Shown: one piece after another, positions 56,021-64,000 of the stretch
How the letters are laid out: every line of letters begins with the position of its first letter
Numbering within the stretch: the first letter of the stretch is position 1
Origin: a virus
Lineage: Duplodnaviria > Heunggongvirae > Uroviricota > Caudoviricetes
Virus record (IMG/VR): IMGVR_UViG_3300028833_000055
Coordinates: 1-64,000 of that record
Direction: 5' to 3' (one strand)
DNA length: 64,000 bases
The notes under the pieces: model-generated
Told to the model about the DNA's origin: nothing
Databases searched by the model: none
Seen by the model: the letters and a program-made list of their open reading frames with translations, nothing else
Position numbers and translations under genes: made by a program

Positions 56021-58987
56021 TTAATTCATATCTGCATAATCAATATCATAAGTTTCACCAACAAAATTGATATAATCAGCCAAATTCTGTCTTATCGGTT
56101 CATCTTCGGGATATTCTTCACTTCTTATTTTAAGAATATTGGACACAATATCAGTATGAAGTTTTATCAAATGGTCCGAACTCAGTTCACCATATGCTTT
56201 GTCAAGGTTTTTCGCCATTTGTAAAAACATTTCACCTATTTCCGGTGTTCCTTTTGCAACAGTACTTCTTTTGTATTTTGACATAATGTAGTTTTCAACA
56301 GACTTCACTGCTTCCGTAACGTGATATACGGTCGTGTCTATATCTACCGGACCTTCAAATAAAGATTTTGTCGAAGGTCTAGATGAACCAAGTTTCCTGA
56401 TTCTATCCATATAAGTACAATATTCATCGGCTATCGGTAATCCAATTGTTGCAATGGCTTGTTTTTTCAATAAACCTGGGTCAATTTCAAGAATACTATC
56501 CAAATCAAATTTGACAAGCATATCGTGAACCCAAGACATTAAATTTGACCAAGAACGTGGTGATGCAAAAATCATTTTATTTTCCGAACCAAGTTCGTGG
56601 AACTTTTCTGGGTCTAAATCGTGCCACCTTCTATATACTCTTGTTTTACTTAATCTACCTTTTTTACCGATTGTTTCTACATCTTCAAAATTGTCTGGTG
56701 AATCGAATGAAATAAATTGCAATGTATCTTCATCAAAATAACCACTTTCTCTTGCCCATTTAGACCAAACTGCAAAATCTGGAACAAAATTAAATGCACC
56801 ACCAGATATTCTGTTACCAAACGCTGGAGCAAGTTTTGCAAAACGCTTTTTAACTTCATCGTCATCACAAGGTCTATTTGAACAAGCTATAATAGACCAC
56901 TTTGAACCAATTCTATATCCACCAGAAGTTTGTCTTTTTGTTATTAACTGCATAATTGTTTTGAACAATTCGTCATCAGCACGTAAAAATTCATCAAACA
57001 TTATTATACCGCCTTCATAAGTTGCTTCATCAACCGGTTCAAATTCTTCAAATGCATCATTCCAAACCATATCCTCAACATAATATGTATTGGCATATAA
57101 GTTTTTTGCTCTATTGACTTTTATATCGGTACTTGGTTTATAAACAGGAAGCCAAGTTTTTGGAGATTCTTCTGTTTGTAGAATACGAACTTTTTCCAAA
57201 TTTGCAATGTCTGTACTATCAAAACCTAATTCCACCAATTTTTTAGCAAGACCACTTTTCTCTCCTATAACTTTATCCATAGTTGTATCATCTGGCATAG
57301 GAAGATAAAGACCACCTAATTCCAAATCACCACATTCAATAACAATAACCGATTTCTTTTTATTTGGATTCGACTTATTGTATTCTTTAATGATTTCTTG
57401 AGGTATTGTTGTCTTACCAATACCCGGTGCTCCAAAAATAAATGTTGCTCTTGAAGATTTTCTACCTGTTGTGGAAGGATTATCTTCCATAATGGATTTC
57501 ACCATTGTTTCAAAATCTTCACTTGAAATATCTGGAATATTATCAAGAAAACTTCCCTTTGCCGAAAGAGGAACTCTTGCTTCTTCTACCGCACTAAGTT
57601 TATATCCATCATCAAACGCCAAATCTGGATTTGCCATCATATCAATCCATTTCAAAAAGTTTTTATATTCTTGTGATTTTTTGTCGATAAAATCATAAAA
57701 ACCTTTTTTCTTATCGAGATATGCGGTTGATTCAACATTTTTATTAAGTAATGGTGAATCAATCTTTGTGAATGCACTAACACCTTTCACATTACCTCCG
57801 GCAAGATAATTAAGTGTCGTATAGACATTGGTCTCATCTTTCATTTCACCATCTTTTGTGAAAGTTGCAACATAGAAGTTATTGAGTTTTATCATAAAAG
57901 AATTTATCTTCTGTTTAATTTTCTTAACACCTCTCTTCACACCGCTTTTAATGGTGTCATATAGACCTTCGTTTACAAATTCGTCTATTGTTAAAACGTG
58001 TTTATTTTCTTTCATAGTTTTTGTTTTTGTTTTTTTATCCAATTCATCGAGTTCTTTTAATTTTTTTAAAATTCTTTCATTTTTTGTTGCGTTTATATCA
58101 ACAAGACGAGCACCTATTTTTGGTAACTCTGCACTTTCCCATCTTTTGACAACTCTATGTCTTCCGGTCTCAACACCAGTTTTAGGGTCAATCTCGGGTT
58201 CTATTTTTGCATGTCCACGTTCGTCAAATACTGTTACGAGAACTTTACCGGGATTCCATCCGGAAATATCGTGTGAAAACCTAGATTCGGTAAACATATT
58301 TTTAAAATTTATACACGAACTAACATCCCAATTTTCTATTGATGGATTGTCGAATGTTGATTTATAAAACATACCTTCCATATTCTTGACATTAGAAACA
58401 TCCCAACTAGATAAATCCAAATTAGGAATGTTTGCAAATGCAAACAATGCCGCCATATTCTCAACATTGGATGTATCAAGAAGACAAATCATAGGATTTG
58501 TTTGTTCGTTTTCTTTATTGTCTTCAGAAATACATCTATTATACCAGGCATTTACAACAACGAATATATTATGTTCATAATCCTTACCATTATTTACATA
58601 ATATCTTCCCCTTATCTTGGAGACTATTTCCTTTTCTTCACTAGATGGAACAAGAGTAACTGGTTCTGGTTCAATTTCCAAATCGTCGTCTACTTCAAAC
58701 CCTTCTCCCTCATCATCGTCATCGTCGATTTCATCACCGGTTTTATCGTCAATTTCATCTTTTACTTTTTCGATTCCTGGTTCTTTTTTAACGACTTTCA
58801 TCCCCTCATCCAATTTACAATATTCACTTAAATCTATAGACTCATTTAATTCTATAAGATTTTCGTTTTTTTCGAACCATTCATCAAACATCAGAAGAAA
58901 CTCTTTATTACTAAGGTTAGGATATTTTTTATTTGTTTCGTTAACCCAATTCCTAACATCTTTACTGAAAAATTGTTCTTTTGTCAT
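56021..58987 (-). CDS. MoxR-like AAA+ ATPase fused to N-terminal DUF285 repeats
   Basis: LDTSNVENM/WDVSNV/WDVSS repeats; GAPGIGKT, IMFDEF, ACSN, AFGNR, SPRSW. Confidence 0.82.
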   Translation of the reverse strand: MTKEQFFSKDVRNWVNETNKKYPNLSNKEFLLMFDEWFEKNENLIELNESIDLSEYCKLDEGMKVVKKEPGIEKVKDEIDDKTGDEIDDDDDEGEGFEVDDDLEIEPEPVTLVPSSEEKEIVSKIRGRYYVNNGKDYEHNIFVVVNAWYNRCISEDNKENEQTNPMICLLDTSNVENMAALFAFANIPNLDLSSWDVSNVKNMEGMFYKSTFDNPSIENWDVSSCINFKNMFTESRFSHDISGWNPGKVLVTVFDERGHAKIEPEIDPKTGVETGRHRVVKRWESAELPKIGARLVDINATKNERILKKLKELDELDKKTKTKTMKENKHVLTIDEFVNEGLYDTIKSGVKRGVKKIKQKINSFMIKLNNFYVATFTKDGEMKDETNVYTTLNYLAGGNVKGVSAFTKIDSPLLNKNVESTAYLDKKKGFYDFIDKKSQEYKNFLKWIDMMANPDLAFDDGYKLSAVEEARVPLSAKGSFLDNIPDISSEDFETMVKSIMEDNPSTTGRKSSRATFIFGAPGIGKTTIPQEIIKEYNKSNPNKKKSVIVIECGDLELGGLYLPMPDDTTMDKVIGEKSGLAKKLVELGFDSTDIANLEKVRILQTEESPKTWLPVYKPSTDIKVNRAKNLYANTYYVEDMVWNDAFEEFEPVDEATYEGGIIMFDEFLRADDELFKTIMQLITKRQTSGGYRIGSKWSIIACSNRPCDDDEVKKRFAKLAPAFGNRISGGAFNFVPDFAVWSKWARESGYFDEDTLQFISFDSPDNFEDVETIGKKGRLSKTRVYRRWHDLDPEKFHELGSENKMIFASPRSWSNLMSWVHDMLVKFDLDSILEIDPGLLKKQAIATIGLPIADEYCTYMDRIRKLGSSRPSTKSLFEGPVDIDTTVYHVTEAVKSVENYIMSKYKRSTVAKGTPEIGEMFLQMAKNLDKAYGELSSDHLIKLHTDIVSNILKIRSEEYPEDEPIRQNLADYINFVGETYDIDYADMN

Positions 58988-59000
58988 ATATTAAAATTTT

Positions 59001-61037
59001 TTATTTATCTCTTGTTGCATCAATCTTCATATTTCCGAGAATTTTTTCTCTCCATCTTTTTTGTCCAAAGAACAAATATTCCCTGATATTTTTAATGATA
59101 CCCCAATTCATCAATCCATATATCTCGTATTCGGTATTATAGTTACCCTCTATAACATCATCAATCATATTCAAAACTTCTTCTAGATTATAATCTGGAA
59201 TTGAAGATTCTGTTGGTAAAAGTTTTAAATCATTTGGTATACTTTCATCGTTCATATCACTAACGATTTTTCTTCTTAACCAATACCAGACAACTTTTCT
59301 TGTAGGACTGATGTCTATTGGTTCCATTCTCCTTTGTAAAGCACCCCAGTGGTCTTTTGCAGTTTTTATAAATGTTGTTAATGTCTGATTAGATATATAT
59401 ACGATAATACCATTAAAATAGAATCCGTCCGGTATCAAGACTTTTGCATTTTCTTCTTCAAATTTTTCAAAGTCTCTTAATGCAGTTTCTTTGACACTCT
59501 CGTCACTTATCATCGCTTCCCATTCTGGAGATGTTCTTGAAAGTTTTTCTTTTTTTCTATAATAATCACGAATTTCACTCTCTTTCTTTTTTAACCATCT
59601 TTCCTTTTCATATGGTGTAAATTTACCAACTTCTCTGAAATATGATTCTTGTCTTGTTACATCGGCCTTCTGTGCGGCATAATATATATCACTTTTTCCT
59701 CTAACTTCACCATCGGGTGATACAATCCAGCGTTTCTTTTCTTCTGCCTCCATTGCACCTTTCCACAAAGAAATTTTCGATTCTGTATTGAACATTTCTG
59801 GTGTATCATCATAAATCAGCAACATATTATTATTTTCGTACAATTCTTTATAGACCTCTCTTGCACTTGTAGTTGCATTACCCATCCTCTTATAATGAAC
59901 ACCGTTAATAAGACCCGTATCTACTATTGCCTTATCCAATGAATAAGATTTACCTATACCAGCGACACCTGTGATAAGTAAACCCCTATGTGTACCAATT
60001 TCTCTTCTAATCGAAATATCCCTACCACCACTCTTAATATATTTACAAATCGCTTCCGATGCATCATAAACAGAGTCCATTTTTTCTTGTAATTCATCAA
60101 CTCTTTTTTCCACAATGCCTTTGGCTTCTTTGACGACGTGTCCTCGTCCAGCTATAACTTCAACCGCTATTTCACCAGATGCACCAGCACCCCAGAACCA
60201 AAGGTTAGGTAATTTTGATGCGATTGCCGCTGGCGCATCACCAACATTACCACATATAACAAAATGTATAAAGACAACAAATCTCATTGCCGATACATAG
60301 TCGATTGTTCCATCGTGTTTTTTACCAATAACCGCTCTTACCGTTTCAAGATATTCATCATCCTCTTCCAAATCTTGAATCTTTAAAACGATTTCATTAT
60401 CCGTTTTATCATTATAATTTTTAATAAATTCTTCCATAAGGTCTTGGTTGAACTTATCGACAGAAGCAGAATCATCATAAAGATTTTTATAAATCTTTTG
60501 CCAAGCTATTGCTTTATATGGTACGGGTGCCGTAACCTCTTCATTTAAACCAGCATTCGTATTATCAAGAGTTAAAATGGAAATCAATGTACTCACAGCT
60601 TTTGTTATTCCGAACTTACTTGTTGAAACGGAAAATTCAGACTTTAAGTCTGGAAAATCTGCTGGATTTTTTGTAAAAAATGTAATAACTTTATTGATAC
60701 CTTCTTTATATATAGCAAAATATTTAGTACCGCTTTCAGAAGAAATCAACGAACAGTCTTTACCGTCAATTTTGAAAACAAAAGGAGAAACCAAAAAATT
60801 ATCATTTATATTTTTTCTTAAATTATTAAGTACAAGAAGTGTCATTTTTGAAAGAATTTTGTTATCATAAACCATTTCCAAATCTGGTTCACCATAAGTT
60901 TCCAATTCTTTCTGTTCCACTGAATCAAGAACAACATCGTTTCCAAAACTTTCGTTGCTCTCCATAATTCTGGAAGTTCCTCTATTCAAAAAACTGTTAA
61001 AACTTTCAATCATATTTTTATGTTTTATTTTATACAT
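59001..61037 (-). CDS. Second AAA+ ATPase with large N-terminal domain
   Basis: ITGVAGIGKS, LIYDD, YISN, ALQRR; late motif at 61041; the start may be MIESF. Confidence 0.75.
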   Translation of the reverse strand: MYKIKHKNMIESFNSFLNRGTSRIMESNESFGNDVVLDSVEQKELETYGEPDLEMVYDNKILSKMTLLVLNNLRKNINDNFLVSPFVFKIDGKDCSLISSESGTKYFAIYKEGINKVITFFTKNPADFPDLKSEFSVSTSKFGITKAVSTLISILTLDNTNAGLNEEVTAPVPYKAIAWQKIYKNLYDDSASVDKFNQDLMEEFIKNYNDKTDNEIVLKIQDLEEDDEYLETVRAVIGKKHDGTIDYVSAMRFVVFIHFVICGNVGDAPAAIASKLPNLWFWGAGASGEIAVEVIAGRGHVVKEAKGIVEKRVDELQEKMDSVYDASEAICKYIKSGGRDISIRREIGTHRGLLITGVAGIGKSYSLDKAIVDTGLINGVHYKRMGNATTSAREVYKELYENNNMLLIYDDTPEMFNTESKISLWKGAMEAEEKKRWIVSPDGEVRGKSDIYYAAQKADVTRQESYFREVGKFTPYEKERWLKKKESEIRDYYRKKEKLSRTSPEWEAMISDESVKETALRDFEKFEEENAKVLIPDGFYFNGIIVYISNQTLTTFIKTAKDHWGALQRRMEPIDISPTRKVVWYWLRRKIVSDMNDESIPNDLKLLPTESSIPDYNLEEVLNMIDDVIEGNYNTEYEIYGLMNWGIIKNIREYLFFGQKRWREKILGNMKIDATRDK

Positions 61038-61057
61038 AATTATTTATGAAAACACTT

Positions 61058-62704
61058 TCAGCATTTATTCAAATGACTGAAAGTGTCTTTCTTCGTGGTT
61101 TCAAAAACATTGTCAAACATAATATTCTCCAATCTAGCGTGATGTATGAGGAATATGTTGAGTTTTAACTCTTCGCCCAGTTCCTTCAACAGTTGGAGCA
61201 TATCCGACACACCGTCTATGTCTATGTTACTGAAAAGTTCGTCTATGAAAAGCAGGTTTAATTCACCATATTGTAATTTCAATAGTTTCACAAAACTTAT
61301 TATGGTGGCGAAATCGACCCTTTTCTTCTCACCCATACTCAAAGTGTTGTATCCGACCTTCATACCGTTCTGCATAATCGTAGTGTTGAAACTATTGTCG
61401 AACACAACGGAATATGGGAGATTCATAAATTCTATCGTTGATGCTATTATACTATTAAGGTCTTTTATATAGGATTTTGCTATCCTCTGTTTTATTCCGT
61501 TTTCGTCACCGAGAAGTTTAAGGAGTATGGCGTATTCCGTCCTTTTCTCTGTAAGGGTGTTCTGTTCATCCGTAAGCTTTATTATGTCCTTTTCAATTTG
61601 TTCCTTTGTTCTCAAAAGGGGGTCTATCTTCTCCCCGTTTATCATCATCTTACTTTTGAGGTCGGACTTCAGTTCCAGTATTTCAGACCTTTTACTATTG
61701 TTCTTAAACTTCAATATATTGCTGTCAAGGAGTTTTATCTTCTTAACGGTATCCTCTATTATAGTGTTCACCTTCCAGATTGTGTCTTCACATTCACCCC
61801 TCTCTTCAACGAGGTTCTGTCTTTCCTTTACAAATTCCTCCGTTTCAAGGGAACTTCCACAAGTGGGACATCTTCCGGAATCAATAAGGGCTATCTTTTC
61901 GTCTATCTCTGAAATCCGTTTTCTGGCACTTTTTATGTCACCGTTGTTCTCGATGGCGTTTTTCTTCATCTCATCGAGTTTGGTCTGGAGTTTCTCGATA
62001 TTTTTATCGTTAATCCTCTCACTCTCCTCGTTCTCGTTTATCTTTCTTGAAAGTTCATCAAGTTCATCCTGTGTCACGGAGTTGTTCTTCAACTCTTCAA
62101 TCTGTTGTAGAATCCTCTCCTTTGAACTACTGTTTGTCTTCAACGAACCTGATTTCTCGGAAATCTCACCGTCGAGGTATTTGACATCCTCCTTCACCAT
62201 CTTCAACATATCGTTGAAAATGGTGAACCCGAAAATACGGTCTATAATGTTCCTCTTGTCCGCTGCACTCAGATTGACAAGAGACTTGAAATCGTTTATC
62301 GAAAGGACGATTATGTTCTTGAATACGGAATAGGGGATACGGAAATAGTTCTCCTCCAACATAGACTGGACATTGTTCTTTCCGGCTGTGTCTATTTCAT
62401 TTCCGTCTATCGTAACCTTGAACATCGACGGTGCAAGACCACGCTCTATTATTACTTCGTGTCCGTCACAGTCAAGTTCAAGTTTACCATAGAAGTTCTT
62501 GTTTGTCCTGTTGGGGATTTCAGATGAAGTGAACCCTTCAATCTTACCGTACATCAGATATGTTATACATTCTGAAATACTGGTCTTTCCGGTTCCGTTT
62601 GAACCCACTATCAAGTTCAGGCACGCTTCATCTGAAAAGTCAAGTTCTGTCATCGCATTGGAATACGACTTGAAATTTTTCCAGCACAGTTTCTTTAATT
62701 TCAT
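61058..62704 (-). CDS. Recombination ATPase, T4 gp46/SbcC/Rad50-like
   Basis: KNFKSY, GSNGTGKT, coiled coils with CPTC hook, LSMGE, FIDE. Confidence 0.92.
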   Translation of the reverse strand: MKLKKLCWKNFKSYSNAMTELDFSDEACLNLIVGSNGTGKTSISECITYLMYGKIEGFTSSEIPNRTNKNFYGKLELDCDGHEVIIERGLAPSMFKVTIDGNEIDTAGKNNVQSMLEENYFRIPYSVFKNIIVLSINDFKSLVNLSAADKRNIIDRIFGFTIFNDMLKMVKEDVKYLDGEISEKSGSLKTNSSSKERILQQIEELKNNSVTQDELDELSRKINENEESERINDKNIEKLQTKLDEMKKNAIENNGDIKSARKRISEIDEKIALIDSGRCPTCGSSLETEEFVKERQNLVEERGECEDTIWKVNTIIEDTVKKIKLLDSNILKFKNNSKRSEILELKSDLKSKMMINGEKIDPLLRTKEQIEKDIIKLTDEQNTLTEKRTEYAILLKLLGDENGIKQRIAKSYIKDLNSIIASTIEFMNLPYSVVFDNSFNTTIMQNGMKVGYNTLSMGEKKRVDFATIISFVKLLKLQYGELNLLFIDELFSNIDIDGVSDMLQLLKELGEELKLNIFLIHHARLENIMFDNVFETTKKDTFSHLNKC

Positions 62705-63087
62705 AACACAATTCCCTCTTCTGATGTAATGAATGAAATCTTATCACCCATTATACTAGAATAATATTCATAAGTTTTAAGTTCCTCCTCATTCATACCA
62801 GGTGTAACAATAAACACCCTGTCTATATTGACGAGTGAAGTTATGACAATCTGCTCGTATACATCAAGAAGATTTTCGTCAATATCACCCGTAAGGAACT
62901 GAAGGACACATCCGTCATACACAACATTGTTCCTCTTGTTCTGTCCATATGTCTCCTTCGCCATATCGACTATGCCGTGTACTTCACCTATTTTCGGTTT
63001 CACCGCTTCCGTTTTAAGAAACCTGTTCAACCTCCTGATGACTCTTTCAACCACCTCTCTGTCCTTGCCAAATACTGCTACCTTCAT
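62701..63087 (-). CDS. Hypothetical protein
   Basis: 128 aa ORF in the operon. Confidence 0.6.
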   Translation of the reverse strand: MKVAVFGKDREVVERVIRRLNRFLKTEAVKPKIGEVHGIVDMAKETYGQNKRNNVVYDGCVLQFLTGDIDENLLDVYEQIVITSLVNIDRVFIVTPGMNEEELKTYEYYSSIMGDKISFITSEEGIVL

Positions 63088-63103
63088 AATCTTATTCCTT
63101 AAA

Positions 63104-64000
63104 TTACCTTAATGTTATTTTATCGTTTTCAATTACCGCTTCAAGGATATCCTCCTTCTTTCCAAGTATCTTGGATTCATTGACCACAAGGTTGGCGACC
63201 TCTTCCTCTATCTCCTGTTCAAGAAGTCTTATAATCGGTCTTGCACCATTGTGTTCCTCCTCCACCTTGTTTAATATCCAGTTTTCCACTTCGTCACTCA
63301 ATACAATATCCTTGTGGATTATATTTCTGATATTGACGTTCATTTCCTTCATTTCCTTCTGTAAGATTTTCTTCAAAACATCACGACCTAGATTATTGAA
63401 ATAACATACGGAGTCAAGTCTGTTCAAAAATTCCGGAGAGAACCTCTTGGCGAGAGCCTTCCTCATAATACTCTCCTCCTTCTTGTTCTTCAATTCCTCG
63501 TAATTTTCGGTGAAACCCATAGGATTGGAGAGTTCCTTCGCCGACTTTACTCCGATATTCGATGTAAAGATTATGAGAGCCTTGCTTCCATCCACCTTCA
63601 CGCCATCGGAACCGGTTATACTACCTTCATCGAGAAGCTGTAACAAGACATCGTAAATCTTCGGATGTGCCTTTTCAATCTCATCGAAAAGACATACACA
63701 TTCGGGTTTTTTGGACAGACCCTTGACAAGAAGACCACTCTCCTTGTATCCGACATAACCGGGGGCGGAGCCGAGAAGTTTAGAAACATCGACTTCCGAC
63801 TGAAATTCGGACATATCGAACCTTATTATATTCTCTTCACTGCCAAAAAGGTTCTTGGCGAGAGACTTTGCAAAGGCCGTCTTTCCGACACCGGTAGAGC
63901 CTATGAACATATAGTTGCCGGCCGAATGTGCCTTCTTTCTCAATCCGAGACGGTTTCTCCTTATGTTCTTCACAATCTTGTCGATAGTTTCATCCTGTCC
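63104..64000 (-). CDS. ClpA/ClpC-type Hsp100 ATPase, 3' part (5' end outside the window)
   Basis: GSTGVGKT, RFDMSEF, GSAPGYVGY, FDEIEKAHP, MGF ClpP-docking loop, PEFLNRLD, GARP. Confidence 0.92.
   Translation of the reverse strand, partial: GQDETIDKIVKNIRRNRLGLRKKAHSAGNYMFIGSTGVGKTAFAKSLAKNLFGSEENIIRFDMSEFQSEVDVSKLLGSAPGYVGYKESGLLVKGLSKKPECVCLFDEIEKAHPKIYDVLLQLLDEGSITGSDGVKVDGSKALIIFTSNIGVKSAKELSNPMGFTENYEELKNKKEESIMRKALAKRFSPEFLNRLDSVCYFNNLGRDVLKKILQKEMKEMNVNIRNIIHKDIVLSDEVENWILNKVEEEHNGARPIIRLLEQEIEEEVANLVVNESKILGKKEDILEAVIENDKITLR

Noticed and set aside
1-64000. Alternative genetic code (TAG=Gln, as in Lak and some crAss-like phages)
   Set aside because: Long conserved genes are intact in code 11, genes tile tightly, and TAG ends plausible ORFs (e.g. 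14740 and the tmRNA tag).

Overview
This window is a segment of a large, T4-like (myovirus-type) jumbo phage genome, most likely infecting a Bacteroidota host. The host call rests on seven copies of a TAnnTTTG-type -7 promoter, Bacteroidota-like ClpP, an ssrA tag starting with Gly and a T9SS-style cargo gene. It reads in the standard genetic code. Left end: a minus-strand RNA cluster with tRNA-Thr(CGT), tRNA-Leu(CAA), a circularly permuted two-piece tmRNA (tag GNFNRNTEQVMYAAA), two atypical tRNA-like RNAs and boxA-like leaders. Next is an RNA end-healing and repair kit (CCA-adding enzyme, two RNA ligases, Pnk-like kinase, metallophosphoesterases), followed by many small early genes, two DNA methyltransferases, ClpP, guanylate kinase and DnaJ. 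Late genes, marked by a (C/T)ATAAATA promoter, include an amidase, baseplate gp53/gp5-like genes and neck gp13. The large terminase is fractured by an atypically split intein around a Vsr-like homing endonuclease. Seven paralogous DUF285/BspA-like repeat proteins share an N-terminal leader. An AT-rich block encodes two AAA+ ATPases, a metallopeptidase and a vWA protein. The window ends with gp46/SbcC and a ClpA/C ATPase. The strongest candidate for an undescribed system is a LAGLIDADG endonuclease directly upstream of a phosphoesterase gene whose catalytic D-x-H motif is broken by a 5-nt insert (ACT-TG-ACT, in-frame TGA) at the base of a long hairpin. This looks like a miniature endonuclease plus ribosomal-bypass cassette. 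All calls are from motif recognition by eye; no searches were run.
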